Source: a virus
Reading direction: 5' to 3' (one strand)
Virus record (IMG/VR): IMGVR_UViG_3300035687_000003
Coordinates: 1 to 64,000 of that record
DNA: 64,000 bases
Notes under the pieces: generated by a model
Seen by the model: the letters and a program-made list of their open reading frames with translations, nothing else
Database searches by the model: none
What the model was told of the DNA's origin: nothing
Shown: one piece after another, positions 18,568 through 28,627 of the stretch
Layout of the letters: every line of letters starts with the position of its first letter
How positions within the stretch are numbered: the stretch's first letter is position 1
Made by a program: the position numbers and the translations under genes

Positions 18568-18716
18568 TCGCTAATGTTTGACTTTGGCGTTGACCAGGCA
18601 TAAGCGTGGTGGAGGCGCGCGCATTCCCTGCCCACGATGTAGACGGCCTTAGTCGGGTCGCCGCGGTACGCTAATCGTGAGCCAAGCTAATGCACACTAC
18701 GCGAAGGAGTTGGACT

Positions 18717-19022
18717 ATGACCAAGATCACGATCTACGAGGATAACGCAGGTGCCGTTTACCTCGGCAATGGAACCCAATTATGGGGTCTCGGTTCCGTC
18801 ACATTAGATTTGGAGGGTACAGCAGCTGAGCACGCTAAGGCATGGACAGATAAAGAGTGGTTCCCAAATGAAGCCGACGGCCAAGTGCCGGCAGATTATG
18901 CCGGACTCGACATTATCGCTGAGTGGAGCCCGCGTAACGGTCTGAATATTGCCAGGTGCGGAGACAATCAGATCGTCGCAGGTTCCGGTGGTTGTCGCTT
19001 CCTGGGCATAGAAACGCCGTGA
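18717..19022 (+). CDS. Hypothetical protein
   Basis: AAGGAG RBS before MTKITIYEDNAG. Confidence 0.7.
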   Translation: MTKITIYEDNAGAVYLGNGTQLWGLGSVTLDLEGTAAEHAKAWTDKEWFPNEADGQVPADYAGLDIIAEWSPRNGLNIARCGDNQIVAGSGGCRFLGIETP

Positions 19023-19082
19023 GTGAACGGCCTGGGTACGAATCGTTAACGCTTGGCTGACGAGGGATAGAGGGAAGATGCA

Positions 19083-19478
19083 ATGACCATCCGCAACGGT
19101 ACCGCCCAGCTAGGCGGCGGTACCCATGTGCACGAGGTGATCGACGGTAACCTGCGCTGCGGGATCGACCGGCGGCCCCAGCTAGCCGGTGAGCCACTGC
19201 ATCCCGCCGACGGCCCCGTGACCTGCCGACGATGCCTGCGCTCAGCAGTGGCCCACGCGGAGCCTGTGTCAGGGCCAGGGACGATTGCCGAGGCAGCGCG
19301 GCTCGCGGCGCGTTGGCTGCAGATCCGGGACCTGCGGATCTGTGCGGCCGTGGCAGCTGGCCGAGGGCTAAGGGAGGTGGCGCGGGAAGCTGACCTGGAG
19401 CACAGCACGGTGCGCAAGATGGTGGCGCGCCGCACCGGCCGGCGCGATAAGCTACTGTCGGAATCGGAAACGCAATGA
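19083..19478 (+). CDS. Zn-finger + C-terminal HTH protein
   Basis: H..C...VTCRRC; GRGLREVAREADLEHSTVRKMV. Confidence 0.65.
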   Translation: MTIRNGTAQLGGGTHVHEVIDGNLRCGIDRRPQLAGEPLHPADGPVTCRRCLRSAVAHAEPVSGPGTIAEAARLAARWLQIRDLRICAAVAAGRGLREVAREADLEHSTVRKMVARRTGRRDKLLSESETQ

Positions 19479-19561
19479 CCGCGCTCGACGACGTGCGATG
19501 CGCACTACCTCGCCGTATGTCGTTGTGGGCCTATGGCCGGCGGCTCGACAAAGAGGCGGCC

Positions 19562-21352
19562 GTGGCACTGGCCCTTTACCGCAAGTACCGCCCCGCAACT
19601 TTCGCCGAGGTGATCGGCCAAGAACACATCACCGAGCCGCTGCGTGTTGCTCTGGCGACTGGCCGGATTAACCACGCCTACCTGTTCTCCGGCCCGCGCG
19701 GCTGCGGGAAGACCTCCAGCGCGCGCATCCTAGCCCGCTCGTTGAACTGCGTGCAGGGCCCGACGCCGGACCCGTGTGGGGTCTGCACGTCCTGCGTTGC
19801 ACTGGCACCTGAAGGCGCGGGGTCCCTCGACGTCGTTGAGCTCGACGCCGCCAGTCACGGCGGCGTCGATGACGCCCGTGACCTGCGGGACCGCGCGTTC
19901 TACGCCCCCGCCGAGTCCCGGTATCGGGTGTTCATCATCGACGAGGCCCACATGGTCACCACACAGGGTTTCAACGCCCTGCTCAAGATCGTGGAGGAAC
20001 CTCCGGAGCACCTCGTCTTCATCTTCGCTACCACCGAGCCGGAGAAGGTACTGGCGACTATCCGCTCCCGCACTCACCATTACAGGTTCCGGCTGCTGCC
20101 ACCGGGCACCATGCGCGATCTACTGGAACAGGTGTGCGCTGAGGAAGTGGTGCATGTCGAGCCCGCCGTGTACCCACTGGTGATCCGCGCCGGTGGCGGC
20201 TCCGCTCGGGACTCGCTATCCGTGCTGGACCAGTTACTTGCCGCGACCGGCACCGAAGGCATCACCTACTCGCGAGCGGTGACGCTGCTCGGCGTCACCG
20301 ACGTCACGCTGATCGACGACATGGTCTGTGCGCTTGCCGCTCAGGACGGGGCGACGGTATTCGCCACCATTGACCGGCTGGTCGAGGCGGGGCACGATCC
20401 CCGGCGCTTCGCCTCCGATCTTCTGCAGCGGTTCCGGGACCTGGTCCTGCTTCGGGTCGCCCCGGAGCCAGCCCGCCACGGGCTGATCGACGCTCCCGAG
20501 GATCAGCTCGCGACGATGACCACCCAAGCTGAAGCGCTGGGCGCGGGCAGTCTCACTCGGTTCGCCGAGATCACGCACAACGGGCTCACTGAGATGCGCG
20601 GCGCCACCGCCCCTCGGCTGCTACTGGAACTGCTGTGCGCCCGAATGCTGCTGCCAGCCGCCACCGAAGGGGACGGCGCGATGCTGCACCGGCTGGAGCA
20701 ACTGGAGCAGCGACTTACCATCGCCGCCGCGACACCGACCACGCCCGTCGTCCAGTCTCCCTCGTCGGGAGCGAAGCCCCTGCCAGTACCAGACCAACTC
20801 GACGCAGCGGGAGTGCGACGGGCGTGGCGGTCGTTGCTGGACGCGGTGCGTGAGCAGAGTCGGATCACCCATGTCCTGCTCAGCAGCGCCACCGTGAGTG
20901 CGGTGGCGGGCAGCACCCTCGTGCTGACCCTGCCTAATGCCCCGCTGGCCCGCCGGCTGGGCGATGAGCGCAATGTTGAGATGATCAAGCGGGCGCTGCG
21001 CGCCGTCTTGGGCGTTGACTGGCAAGTGCGCTGCCAGCACGCCGACGGCGACACCGGCCCCTGCGGCACCCAGCAGCAGCCCCAGCGGACCCGCTCACCG
21101 CAACGCACGGTGGAGCGTCCCGCCGGCCGTCGTCCGGCGATGCCGCAGTCCCCCGACGACGGTGTCCCCCGCTCGCCACCGGAACCCCCGGATCCCGAGG
21201 ACAGCCCGCCGCAGGTGCCGATGGACGATGAGGTGATGCTCGCCGAGGCCGCCAGCATGACCAGGCAGCATCCCGTCCGTCGGGACCCCGAGGAGGTCGC
21301 GCTGGAGTTGCTCGCCGAGCAGCTCGGTGCCCGCCGCATCGACGAGGGCTAA
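19562..21352 (+). CDS. dnaX: DNA polymerase III gamma/tau clamp-loader subunit
   Basis: ALYRKYRPATF, HAYLFSGPRGCGKTS, 4-Cys Zn module, IIDEAH, IRSRT, GGSARD; actinobacterial C-terminus ALELLAEQLGARRI; ORF is open from 19475. Confidence 0.97.
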   Translation: MALALYRKYRPATFAEVIGQEHITEPLRVALATGRINHAYLFSGPRGCGKTSSARILARSLNCVQGPTPDPCGVCTSCVALAPEGAGSLDVVELDAASHGGVDDARDLRDRAFYAPAESRYRVFIIDEAHMVTTQGFNALLKIVEEPPEHLVFIFATTEPEKVLATIRSRTHHYRFRLLPPGTMRDLLEQVCAEEVVHVEPAVYPLVIRAGGGSARDSLSVLDQLLAATGTEGITYSRAVTLLGVTDVTLIDDMVCALAAQDGATVFATIDRLVEAGHDPRRFASDLLQRFRDLVLLRVAPEPARHGLIDAPEDQLATMTTQAEALGAGSLTRFAEITHNGLTEMRGATAPRLLLELLCARMLLPAATEGDGAMLHRLEQLEQRLTIAAATPTTPVVQSPSSGAKPLPVPDQLDAAGVRRAWRSLLDAVREQSRITHVLLSSATVSAVAGSTLVLTLPNAPLARRLGDERNVEMIKRALRAVLGVDWQVRCQHADGDTGPCGTQQQPQRTRSPQRTVERPAGRRPAMPQSPDDGVPRSPPEPPDPEDSPPQVPMDDEVMLAEAASMTRQHPVRRDPEEVALELLAEQLGARRIDEG

Positions 21353-21685
21353 CGGCACCTTCGCGAGGGCTGTGATCTTGGGAAGACAATGGTGGTCGGT
21401 CAGAGAGATCCGAATCGTCGGTCGCTCTCATGTCTATGCTAACGGGAAATGCTACGAACGTAATTGTGCGTATGAGTTCTACAGCGCACCGATATGGGCT
21501 AGGGAGTTCGCCGAGAAGCATCGTCCTACCGATCCGGCGGCTATTCCGCGCTAACCTGTTGTCGTCGTGATTCTATGTTGTAGGTGTCGTCTTAGGGTAT
21601 AGTGCGCTAGGGAATTGGCAAGTATGAGCGCGGTTATAGGCACACTTCTACTGACGGTTGTATGATTCGGTTAGGGAGTAGGCAC

Positions 21686-21874
21686 ATGTTTCACGGCTGG
21701 AGACCCGAGTTCAGGTGGAGCATCCCCTTACCGTTCTGGAAATGGAACTTCGTTAACTTTCACTACACATCACGATCGTTCCGGCTCGGCCCTTATTCCC
21801 GTAACTCCCGCGGCCGTGAATCCTTTGACGTCCTAGGCTGGGGCTACCTTCGCCGACACCGGTTCCGGAGATGA
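21686..21874 (+). CDS. Small aromatic/basic protein (DUF4236-like)
   Basis: GGGAG RBS; FRWSIPL..WNF...S.SFRLGPYS.NSRGR. Confidence 0.45.
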   Translation: MFHGWRPEFRWSIPLPFWKWNFVNFHYTSRSFRLGPYSRNSRGRESFDVLGWGYLRRHRFRR

Positions 21875-21992
21875 ATAGTTTGTGCTATGATGAAACCAAG
21901 TGCTGACCCGTACTCTTCCGCGGTGTAGGCGCTTTCCGCCCCGGCCCATCAGCGATATTGCAGTGGCTGCTGCAAGCTGTCGAGCCGGGGCC

Positions 21993-22442
21993 CTACTCGG
22001 TATCTGCTGCCGCGGCGGTCAGATTACGCAGGTGAAGTTCGAACTGTTGCGCTGCTGCAACAGGTCTCAGCACTGGCCCCAGTGTTTCACCACACAAGCA
22101 GGTAACCCAATAGTAGGGACCGTAGTCCTCTTTCCATTGGGCAGTGAATCCGCCATGCTGACGTGCGGCAAGGGAATGGGCCGCCGCCGCCCGTTCCTGC
22201 GTTTCTGTTGGCGCGGATCTGCGGGGAGCTGGCATTATGAAAGTGAACCTCGGCACCATCCCCCCGTCCGGTAGGTTGACCAGCTCCAGAAACTCAGATT
22301 CGCGCATCACGTTGACACTGCCCGCGTATGGTGCACTTAGTGACATGTAGATCACTACGTCTTCATTGTTACTGTTCCGACCGAGCATGAGGACGGCGTA
22401 GTGCCCGCCTTTGTAATGTCGGTAGACGCCGAGCTCCATCAC
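21993..22442 (-). CDS. DUF1653 domain protein with C-terminal Zn-finger-like extension
   Basis: GVYRHYKGGHY.V...VIY..L...R..EF...PRF. Confidence 0.8.
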   Translation of the reverse strand: MMELGVYRHYKGGHYAVLMLGRNSNNEDVVIYMSLSAPYAGSVNVMRESEFLELVNLPDGGMVPRFTFIMPAPRRSAPTETQERAAAAHSLAARQHGGFTAQWKEDYGPYYWVTCLCGETLGPVLRPVAAAQQFELHLRNLTAAAADTE

Positions 22443-22446
22443 TTTG

Positions 22447-22623
22447 TCACTCCTCCTGGGAAGCTGCGATCACGTCTTCCACTTTGGCGAGTGTCGTTCT
22501 CAGTTCGCTAACCATCGCCCCGGTGTCGGTTTCGAGTGCTTTGATCCGGCGGCTGCAGTAGAGATTCGCAGCCGCACTGGCAATGAATGCCAGTGCAATG
22601 AGCACGTTGAACGTGGCTTGCAT
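22447..22623 (-). CDS. Small membrane/coiled-coil protein (not in ORF track)
   Basis: MQATFNVLIALAFIASAAANLY...; fills the operon gap. Confidence 0.5.
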   Translation of the reverse strand: MQATFNVLIALAFIASAAANLYCSRRIKALETDTGAMVSELRTTLAKVEDVIAASQEE

Positions 22624-22627
22624 CGGT

Positions 22628-23332
22628 TTATCCCTTTCCCGGTTCTGTCAAGGGCTGCAGAATCGCTGCGGCGAGCAGTGGCGGTATTGCGTTCCCGCAC
22701 TGCTGGTATTGTTGCGTCTTCGTTCCCTTCCACGGGTAATCTGCCGGAAACGACTGAAGTATCCCGGCTTCCCGGACTGCGACCCGCTCGGTCGAGTTGC
22801 TCTGCGGTCCATTGATTATCCGCCATTCAGTTCCCGATGGATGTGAACCGCTGCCACTCGCGCGAACAGTATAGCTAGGAGCGTCCATGTCTCGCGGATC
22901 ACGTTCAGCACCGGGGCCAGAGTTTCGTGCCTGAACCCAGTCGACTGCATTGCCTCTCTCACTATGGAATATGGTCTCCGCAGGTTCGTCCAGTCTGCGA
23001 GCGCAGGCGTTGCCCTGGGTCCCGTTGCGCAGTATCGCGTTTCGTCCAATCTTCCCGGTGACCGTCGGAGCGGGTTCGGTACCCTGTCGTTCGCCGCGGT
23101 CGGTCGGATCACCTCCAGTTCCGTAGCTGGATCGCAGCGTCCAGCCGGTGCTGTAGCTGTTGCCTTGCCCGTATGACCATCGGGGCGAGCTTTCGCCGTA
23201 GACCGTTCTCCCTGGCCGGTCGATACCAGCCCGTCCGAGGGCTTGAGCCATTGATACCGCAACCGGTAGCGGCGGTCCGAATAAGCTCTCTGCGGTTTGT
23301 GGCTCAACAGCGAACAATTCGAGGATCATCAT
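22628..23332 (-). pseudogene. Internally deleted C5 cytosine methyltransferase (or small subunit of a split enzyme)
   Basis: Begins with a motif I stub (ILELFA) and ends with motifs IX/X (REAGILQSFPADY, QCGNAIPP); lacks GxGG, PC and ENV motifs. Confidence 0.75.
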
Positions 23333-23342
23333 TCCAAGCTGG

Positions 23343-23753
23343 TCATGAAATTACCAGCTGTCCAATGCAACGCTTTGCGTCAGCAATTATTGCATCGAGA
23401 TTAGGCACGTTATCACTGCCATTGCTCCATCTGTTTTCAACCGAATCCAGTAAGCCCCGCAGTGTTGTTGATTCAGGATATTCTCTCCGATGCTCGGTCA
23501 GTTCGTCTCGCAACATTGTTAACGGGTACCCACCGCATGCCACCTGTATCCAGAGCCCAGCAGCGACGCAGTGCTGGCAGGTGCGATACGATTCCCACTT
23601 GGAGTTGTATCCAGAAATTCCGGTCAGGTATGTGTATATTTCGCCTGCCTTAATTTTGCGCCAACATTCGTCACAAGTATGCTCCGTTCGGGCTTTTCTC
23701 TTCACCTCTCCGTTTGTGAACTTGAAAGGCTCACTGTCGTCAATGGCGCACAT
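23343..23753 (-). CDS. Hypothetical Zn-binding phage protein
   Basis: RKARTEHTCDEC...I.AGE.Y...TCQHC. Confidence 0.75.
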   Translation of the reverse strand: MCAIDDSEPFKFTNGEVKRKARTEHTCDECWRKIKAGEIYTYLTGISGYNSKWESYRTCQHCVAAGLWIQVACGGYPLTMLRDELTEHRREYPESTTLRGLLDSVENRWSNGSDNVPNLDAIIADAKRCIGQLVIS

Positions 23754-23937
23754 CTACATCTCCGTTCAGTCGATTGCTTAGCCGTATCGCATTGAGGTGA
23801 TCCGCTCCAGCCTGCCGGGCGTCGGCGTTACTGTCATACTTCGGCAGCGTGTACCATTTACTGCAGCTGCATTGTGCGAAATAGCGTCCGTGACTATCAC
23901 AGTCCGTCCAGATCCGGTGCTGAGTGTTGCCGCTCAC
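23740..23937 (-). CDS. Hypothetical protein
   Basis: AQCSC...H motif; coupled to neighbours. Confidence 0.6.
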   Translation of the reverse strand: MSGNTQHRIWTDCDSHGRYFAQCSCSKWYTLPKYDSNADARQAGADHLNAIRLSNRLNGDVDVRH

Positions 23938-24296
23938 GGCGACTCCGCTTCGATACGAGCTGTGACAATTAACCGAGTACCAACCGGAAAGTCTTCCGCA
24001 TACGCCATGAATCCCGGCCCTGACTGTATCCCCGATTTCAATAGTGGGGATCCCTCGTCTGCCCAGTACCGATGATTAGATTCGGATTTAGAAGTGACGA
24101 CCATAACGTGAATCTTTTCTGTCGCAACTGAGCTGAGTATTTCGTGCGCACGCTTATGCCGCATGCACATCCATTCTTTACGCAACGCTTTCAATTCAGC
24201 GAGTTCACGCTGCGAAGCGTAATCACTACATCCGCTCTCTACACAGCCTGGATAAGCACATGTGTACCAGAGCGTACCGCCTCTTCGCCTGCTCAT
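23934..24296 (-). CDS. Hypothetical protein
   Basis: ATGA coupled to recT. Confidence 0.7.
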   Translation of the reverse strand: MSRRRGGTLWYTCAYPGCVESGCSDYASQRELAELKALRKEWMCMRHKRAHEILSSVATEKIHVMVVTSKSESNHRYWADEGSPLLKSGIQSGPGFMAYAEDFPVGTRLIVTARIEAESP

Positions 24297-25678
24297 GATG
24301 TGCTCTCCTGCGACATCTGTTCCATTTGCTCAACTAGCCGGCCTTCCCGCCGGTAGCCTTCCAGCGCGACAATTACCTTCGCGAGCTCCAGATCAGTCAG
24401 GCCATCGGACGTGGTGACGGCTGGCACCTTGACGAGCAGTCGGTTGAGGATGAGTAGCCGCGTTGCCCGGCCCACGGCGGTGTCCGTGATCCCACCTTCA
24501 CCGAGCCGCTTGAACATCCGCTTGCGAAGCTCGTCTCGTGTTCTACTCTCGGCCAGCTGCTCCGCATCGAGGTCATCGGGTGACGCGGCATCGGGGTCCT
24601 GCTCGCCGGATCTTTCGCCGATCACCGCGAGGGCCTGCGGCTTGGCTGCCTTGATCCGTTCGTGCAGCTCGGTGTTCTCGGGTTCCGCGACGAGAGCGGA
24701 GTGGTAGGTCCCGTACAGTCCCTCAAGGTCCCCGGCTGCTACGGACTCCTCGATCGCAGCATCCCAGTCGGCGTCAGTGAGACCGGCCGTGGGTGCGGGC
24801 TCAGACGGTGCGGCCCGCGTAGGTGGCGGCTCTACGGGCGGTTCAGCCGGGCGGACAGGCATTTCCGAATCGTCCGCTATCTCAGCACTCGTCGCGCCGT
24901 TCTCATTGGATTCGACCGGCTCAGTTCGGTCTTTGATTGCAGTCACTGCGGCCCTAATCAATCCAAGTGCCTCTTTATTGGTAGGGTCGTCGCGACGAAT
25001 TTGATCCCATAGCCGCTTGAGTCCCGAAAGGTCGTCGGCGGCTTCGCGCTGAGCGATCTCGGCATTCCAGTCTCTTCCGTTTCTGTTGCCTTCCGCTGTG
25101 ACTCGCGTGGCCGTTGCTTGCACCGGTTGACCCTCGCCGTCCACGTCTACGCCCAGTTCTTCCGGTGTGTAGTGCAGGCCGCATAGCACCTCTTCGCAGG
25201 CGTCGCGTGCACACTCGGAAATGGCGCGAGCCTTGAGCATCGCCGCTGGATAATTCTTCCAGACCGGCTTGCTGGCAAGACCGGCTTGCCTTGCGCGTGC
25301 TATCGTCCATTCGGACCGGAAAACAAAGTCTGGATCATCAGAACGGACGATTTCTGCGGTGGCCTTCTCGTCATTGCCTGTAATCCGCAACCGATGCCCA
25401 GCCCGTCGGACTAGCGCCGACATGAGTGCGGCCGATGCTGATGGCTTGCCTTCGATCACGTGGATACCGGTGATCGCTGCCATTGGAGCTAGACCGAGCA
25501 TCTGCGCGTACTCGTACGCAAACAGGATGTTTGCTGGATTCTTCCGAAAATGCGTGGGCAGTAGCCCGGATTCTGCGAGATACCGCGCGTACTCAATTTT
25601 TTGGGCAATTGTCACTTGCTGAGTGGGTATGCTTGAAACGATGGCGACGTCGTTATTTCCGTTCTTATCAGTGATCAT
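24293..25678 (-). CDS. recT: RecT/Bet-like ssDNA-annealing recombinase
   Basis: LLP..F...PANIL...LGL.PM.AI.GIHVIEGKP; W.NYPAAML.ARA; next to a RecE-like exonuclease. Confidence 0.85.
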   Translation of the reverse strand: MITDKNGNNDVAIVSSIPTQQVTIAQKIEYARYLAESGLLPTHFRKNPANILFAYEYAQMLGLAPMAAITGIHVIEGKPSASAALMSALVRRAGHRLRITGNDEKATAEIVRSDDPDFVFRSEWTIARARQAGLASKPVWKNYPAAMLKARAISECARDACEEVLCGLHYTPEELGVDVDGEGQPVQATATRVTAEGNRNGRDWNAEIAQREAADDLSGLKRLWDQIRRDDPTNKEALGLIRAAVTAIKDRTEPVESNENGATSAEIADDSEMPVRPAEPPVEPPPTRAAPSEPAPTAGLTDADWDAAIEESVAAGDLEGLYGTYHSALVAEPENTELHERIKAAKPQALAVIGERSGEQDPDAASPDDLDAEQLAESRTRDELRKRMFKRLGEGGITDTAVGRATRLLILNRLLVKVPAVTTSDGLTDLELAKVIVALEGYRREGRLVEQMEQMSQESTS

Positions 25679-26138
25679 CCTGTAGCTCCTTCGCGTAGTT
25701 CCTGTTAGCTCGATTGCGGTTACATGTCAGGCAGTAGCGATTAAATGTGTTACCGTTGCGACGGATTCCGTCAAGGGGATGACCGCAGCGCCGTCCCGTG
25801 ACACGCTTGGCAGCTGCACGACGATTATTTTCTAGTTGTGTTACCACTTCAAGATGAAGCGGATTTACACATCTCCTATGTAGGCAGACAGTGCCGCCGC
25901 GACACAATTTATCCAGGTTGTGACATTTATGGTCGACGTGCAGGCCGTCCAGAATTGGCCCGATATGTAGAATATAGGACGCGCGATGGGCATACATTGA
26001 TTTGCCGTCTAACGAGATTTGTCCGTACCCATTAGGCAGTATGTAGCCATTCCATTGATGGCACCCATTGGCGTTAATCTCGACTTTCGCCGCCATGGCT
26101 GCGCGTCGCGCGTCGTGCGATTGCGGACGACCTGTCAT
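25668..26138 (-). CDS. HNH homing endonuclease inserted between recE and recT
   Basis: GCHQWNG...GYG...AHRASY...VDHKC...CVNPLHLE.VT..EN. Confidence 0.9.
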   Translation of the reverse strand: MTGRPQSHDARRAAMAAKVEINANGCHQWNGYILPNGYGQISLDGKSMYAHRASYILHIGPILDGLHVDHKCHNLDKLCRGGTVCLHRRCVNPLHLEVVTQLENNRRAAAKRVTGRRCGHPLDGIRRNGNTFNRYCLTCNRNRANRNYAKELQDDH

Positions 26139-26965
26139 GCTGACTCCAGTTCTCTGATTGCCCATCGTGGCAAGCTCACTGTCACTGGGCCGTCAGCGTA
26201 GCCTGGCCAGTGGTCGAATGTCTTGCACTGATAATACAACTCGATCGCCTCACGATTCTGGGCCCGACCGTAGGCCAGCATCTCCTCATCGGGAGTGGCC
26301 ACGGTCACGACGTAGGGTGGTGTCTTCTCTTGAAAAATGAAAGTGAACTCCGGCGGGTAGTCGGCCAGTCCGACATCGACCACCGCATCCTGGTACCAGG
26401 GTGCCTGCATGAAGTAGCCGTAGTTTACCATTGATTTCGCTATCGCTGACGGCGCGGCCGAGTTGCAGGTCTTATAGTCGATAACATCTCCGTTACGGAG
26501 CAGGTAATCCAACCGGGCCCGTCGCGGTACCTCCGTCGCCTCGTCTACCCAGAACAAACTTTGCTCCGGCTGGCCCATTTCGTGAAGCAGTTCAGCTGCG
26601 TGAGGATGTTGGAACAGTGCGTCTACCATGTCCTGGGCTTGGATATGGTCGCTCCGTAGGATCGGCACTTCGCCGGCCGTGTACGCGGCCTTGCGCGCTC
26701 CCTGCGCAGCCTTCGTCTGCCAGCTGTCAGCGTCGATCACCTTAACGGGGTCGCCGATGCCGAAGAGTAAGCCGTGGACGACGTGGCCGAAATCCCAGTC
26801 CGCTTTCGGCGGCTCCCCGTGATCCACCCAGTGCCGGTAGTGCGCCGGGCAGGACGGCGGCAGGAGTTTGCGGGCACCGGTGTGTGACAGGCTCCCGCCC
26901 GGCCAAGGGTCGGCGTGGTAGGTGGCAGCGGGGATGTCGTAGACGCCGGGTTGGTCGATCATCAC
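26135..26965 (-). CDS. RecE/exonuclease VIII-like PD-(D/E)XK nuclease (DUF3799)
   Basis: YHAD...SLS, FGHVVH, EQSLFW, RARLD, IDYKT, Y..QA.WY, QEKTPPY. Confidence 0.9.
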   Translation of the reverse strand: MMIDQPGVYDIPAATYHADPWPGGSLSHTGARKLLPPSCPAHYRHWVDHGEPPKADWDFGHVVHGLLFGIGDPVKVIDADSWQTKAAQGARKAAYTAGEVPILRSDHIQAQDMVDALFQHPHAAELLHEMGQPEQSLFWVDEATEVPRRARLDYLLRNGDVIDYKTCNSAAPSAIAKSMVNYGYFMQAPWYQDAVVDVGLADYPPEFTFIFQEKTPPYVVTVATPDEEMLAYGRAQNREAIELYYQCKTFDHWPGYADGPVTVSLPRWAIRELESA

Positions 26966-27071
26966 TCAGAATCTCGCTTTCCAGTGATCTCGAACGCGCC
27001 GAAACGGCCCCGGCGGGCGTCAATCCAGGGTTGCGAACCGGACTCATAGTGACCGAGCAGGATGGCGGCAG

Positions 27072-27251
27072 TCATGGCTTGATCTGTGATCTCAGCATCA
27101 CCGTCAAACTGTCTAACGGATAAAGCTCCGTGAATGGGTATCCATCGAATTGCACGTCCGCACTTGCCCGATGTTGCACGGTACGGAGCTGGATAACGGT
27201 GCCAATGCGCCCATAGGCAGCGACCCGGTCGTTTGGTTGAATCTCGTTCAC
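27072..27251 (-). CDS. Small SH3-like hypothetical protein
   Basis: GTGA coupled; IQPNDRV...GTV...VQFD. Confidence 0.5.
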   Translation of the reverse strand: MNEIQPNDRVAAYGRIGTVIQLRTVQHRASADVQFDGYPFTELYPLDSLTVMLRSQIKP

Positions 27252-28003
27252 GATACTGTTCCCTTCATCGGCCATCCGTCCGCACTTGCCACCACACCGT
27301 CCGCTCGCTCCATGATCCCCGGTCGCTCCGACGGCTCCGCTTGCGCTACCACCTTGTCGCGCAGGTACGTCGCGAACGACAATTGACTCTCCCGGTACCA
27401 GACAGCCTGCACGACTTGCAGCTCGTCCAGCGACATCGCTCCGATCTCCGGGTAACACTTCGCAAGCTTCCACGCCAGACGCATCGCGGCCAAGGTGTCA
27501 GCGCTGGCACTGTGCGCCTCCAGTAAGATAATGCCGTAATGCTGGCAGGTGTCGACCAGCTTACGTGACCCGCGGCGGTAGCGATCGCAGTGTTTGTCTA
27601 TTACCAGCGGGTCGATCACTGGTCCGACTGGCCCGTACGCGAGCAGGCCTTGCGGCTTACCGCAGTGCCGGATGAGTTCGTGGTGCAGTACTGTCAGGTC
27701 GTAGCTGGCATTGTATGCGATGATCGGCAGACCCTTGGCCCATGCTTTCGTTACCTCTTCGGCGACTTCTGTTGCCACTTCAGCGGGGTCACGGCCGTAC
27801 CGACGCGCATCTTCCGTGTTGATTCCATGTTTCTCCGTCGCTTCGGCCGGGATCTCTACTCCCGGGTCAGCCGTCCACTCGCGGACGTTCGTTTCCCGGC
27901 CGACGACGACGATCACGCTTGCGGTGACGATCCGGGCTTCGGTGGGCAGCGGCGAAGTTGTTTCGAAATCCAGCCCTGCGATCGGTTCGTCGATCCAACT
28001 CAC
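27248..28003 (-). CDS. DnaQ-like (Pol III epsilon-type) DEDDh 3'-5' exonuclease
   Basis: GLDFETT, HGI, AYNASYD, IDPLVID, AHSASAD. Confidence 0.92.
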   Translation of the reverse strand: MSWIDEPIAGLDFETTSPLPTEARIVTASVIVVVGRETNVREWTADPGVEIPAEATEKHGINTEDARRYGRDPAEVATEVAEEVTKAWAKGLPIIAYNASYDLTVLHHELIRHCGKPQGLLAYGPVGPVIDPLVIDKHCDRYRRGSRKLVDTCQHYGIILLEAHSASADTLAAMRLAWKLAKCYPEIGAMSLDELQVVQAVWYRESQLSFATYLRDKVVAQAEPSERPGIMERADGVVASADGWPMKGTVS

Positions 28004-28016
28004 GTTTGGATTCCCC

Positions 28017-28436
28017 TTAGCGTGTCGCGGTGTCTGCCAGTCGGCCTTCAGTGGCCATACGGTATGTGTCGCATGGCCAGCGGTCGCGACATTCCACGCA
28101 GTAGTTTCCGACTAACCCGCCTCCTGCACTCTCCCGGCAATGCCACGTGGCGATTCGATCCAACCGCAGCTGGAGTTCTGCAATAGCGTAGGCGTCTCCG
28201 TGTGCGCCGATCACTGCCGCGCGAGCTTCCGCTAGTGCCGCCTGCTCGTCGTTGAGCAGCGCGGAGAGTCCCGTGACGGCCAGGGAGGCGACTTGGACCT
28301 GCCAGGGTGCGACGATCCAGTCAGGTGAACCCACGGGAGTTATTGCGAAAGATCCACCTTGCGCTTTAGCTGACGCTAGTGCCTCGTGGATCGCCTCGTG
28401 CGCGGCCTGCAGCACGTCAGGGGTGAGCATGGTCAT
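28017..28436 (-). CDS. Hypothetical protein with C-terminal H..CVEC...WPC motif
   Basis: ATGA coupled to the Arc-like gene. Confidence 0.65.
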   Translation of the reverse strand: MTMLTPDVLQAAHEAIHEALASAKAQGGSFAITPVGSPDWIVAPWQVQVASLAVTGLSALLNDEQAALAEARAAVIGAHGDAYAIAELQLRLDRIATWHCRESAGGGLVGNYCVECRDRWPCDTYRMATEGRLADTATR

Positions 28437-28627
28437 GGGGAGCCTTCCGGTGAGGTTGGCAGGGTAGGTGGCGGGTCTGACATGCCAGCCCGCAAGTGAC
28501 GCAAGCTGGGTAGATGTTGATCCAGCAGCCACAGGATGTGAGCGTTCGCGGAACGTCGCTCCCGTGCAGCCGCCAATTTCAACCGCTCATGGAGATCGTC
28601 CGGGAACCGCACGTTCAGGTTGGACAC
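28433..28627 (-). CDS. Arc-like ribbon-helix-helix repressor
   Basis: LNVRFPDDLHERLKLAAARERRSANAHILWLL. Confidence 0.88.
   Translation of the reverse strand: MSNLNVRFPDDLHERLKLAAARERRSANAHILWLLDQHLPSLRHLRAGMSDPPPTLPTSPEGSP

Noticed and set aside
20503-21339. 278-aa - strand ORF, and similar long antisense ORFs at 53617-54372 and 56663-57550
   Set aside because: High-GC shadow frames opposite well-supported genes
19475-21352. dnaX as host chromosome marking a prophage boundary
   Set aside because: Phage-type genes on both sides; no neighbouring housekeeping genes, integrase or att duplication seen
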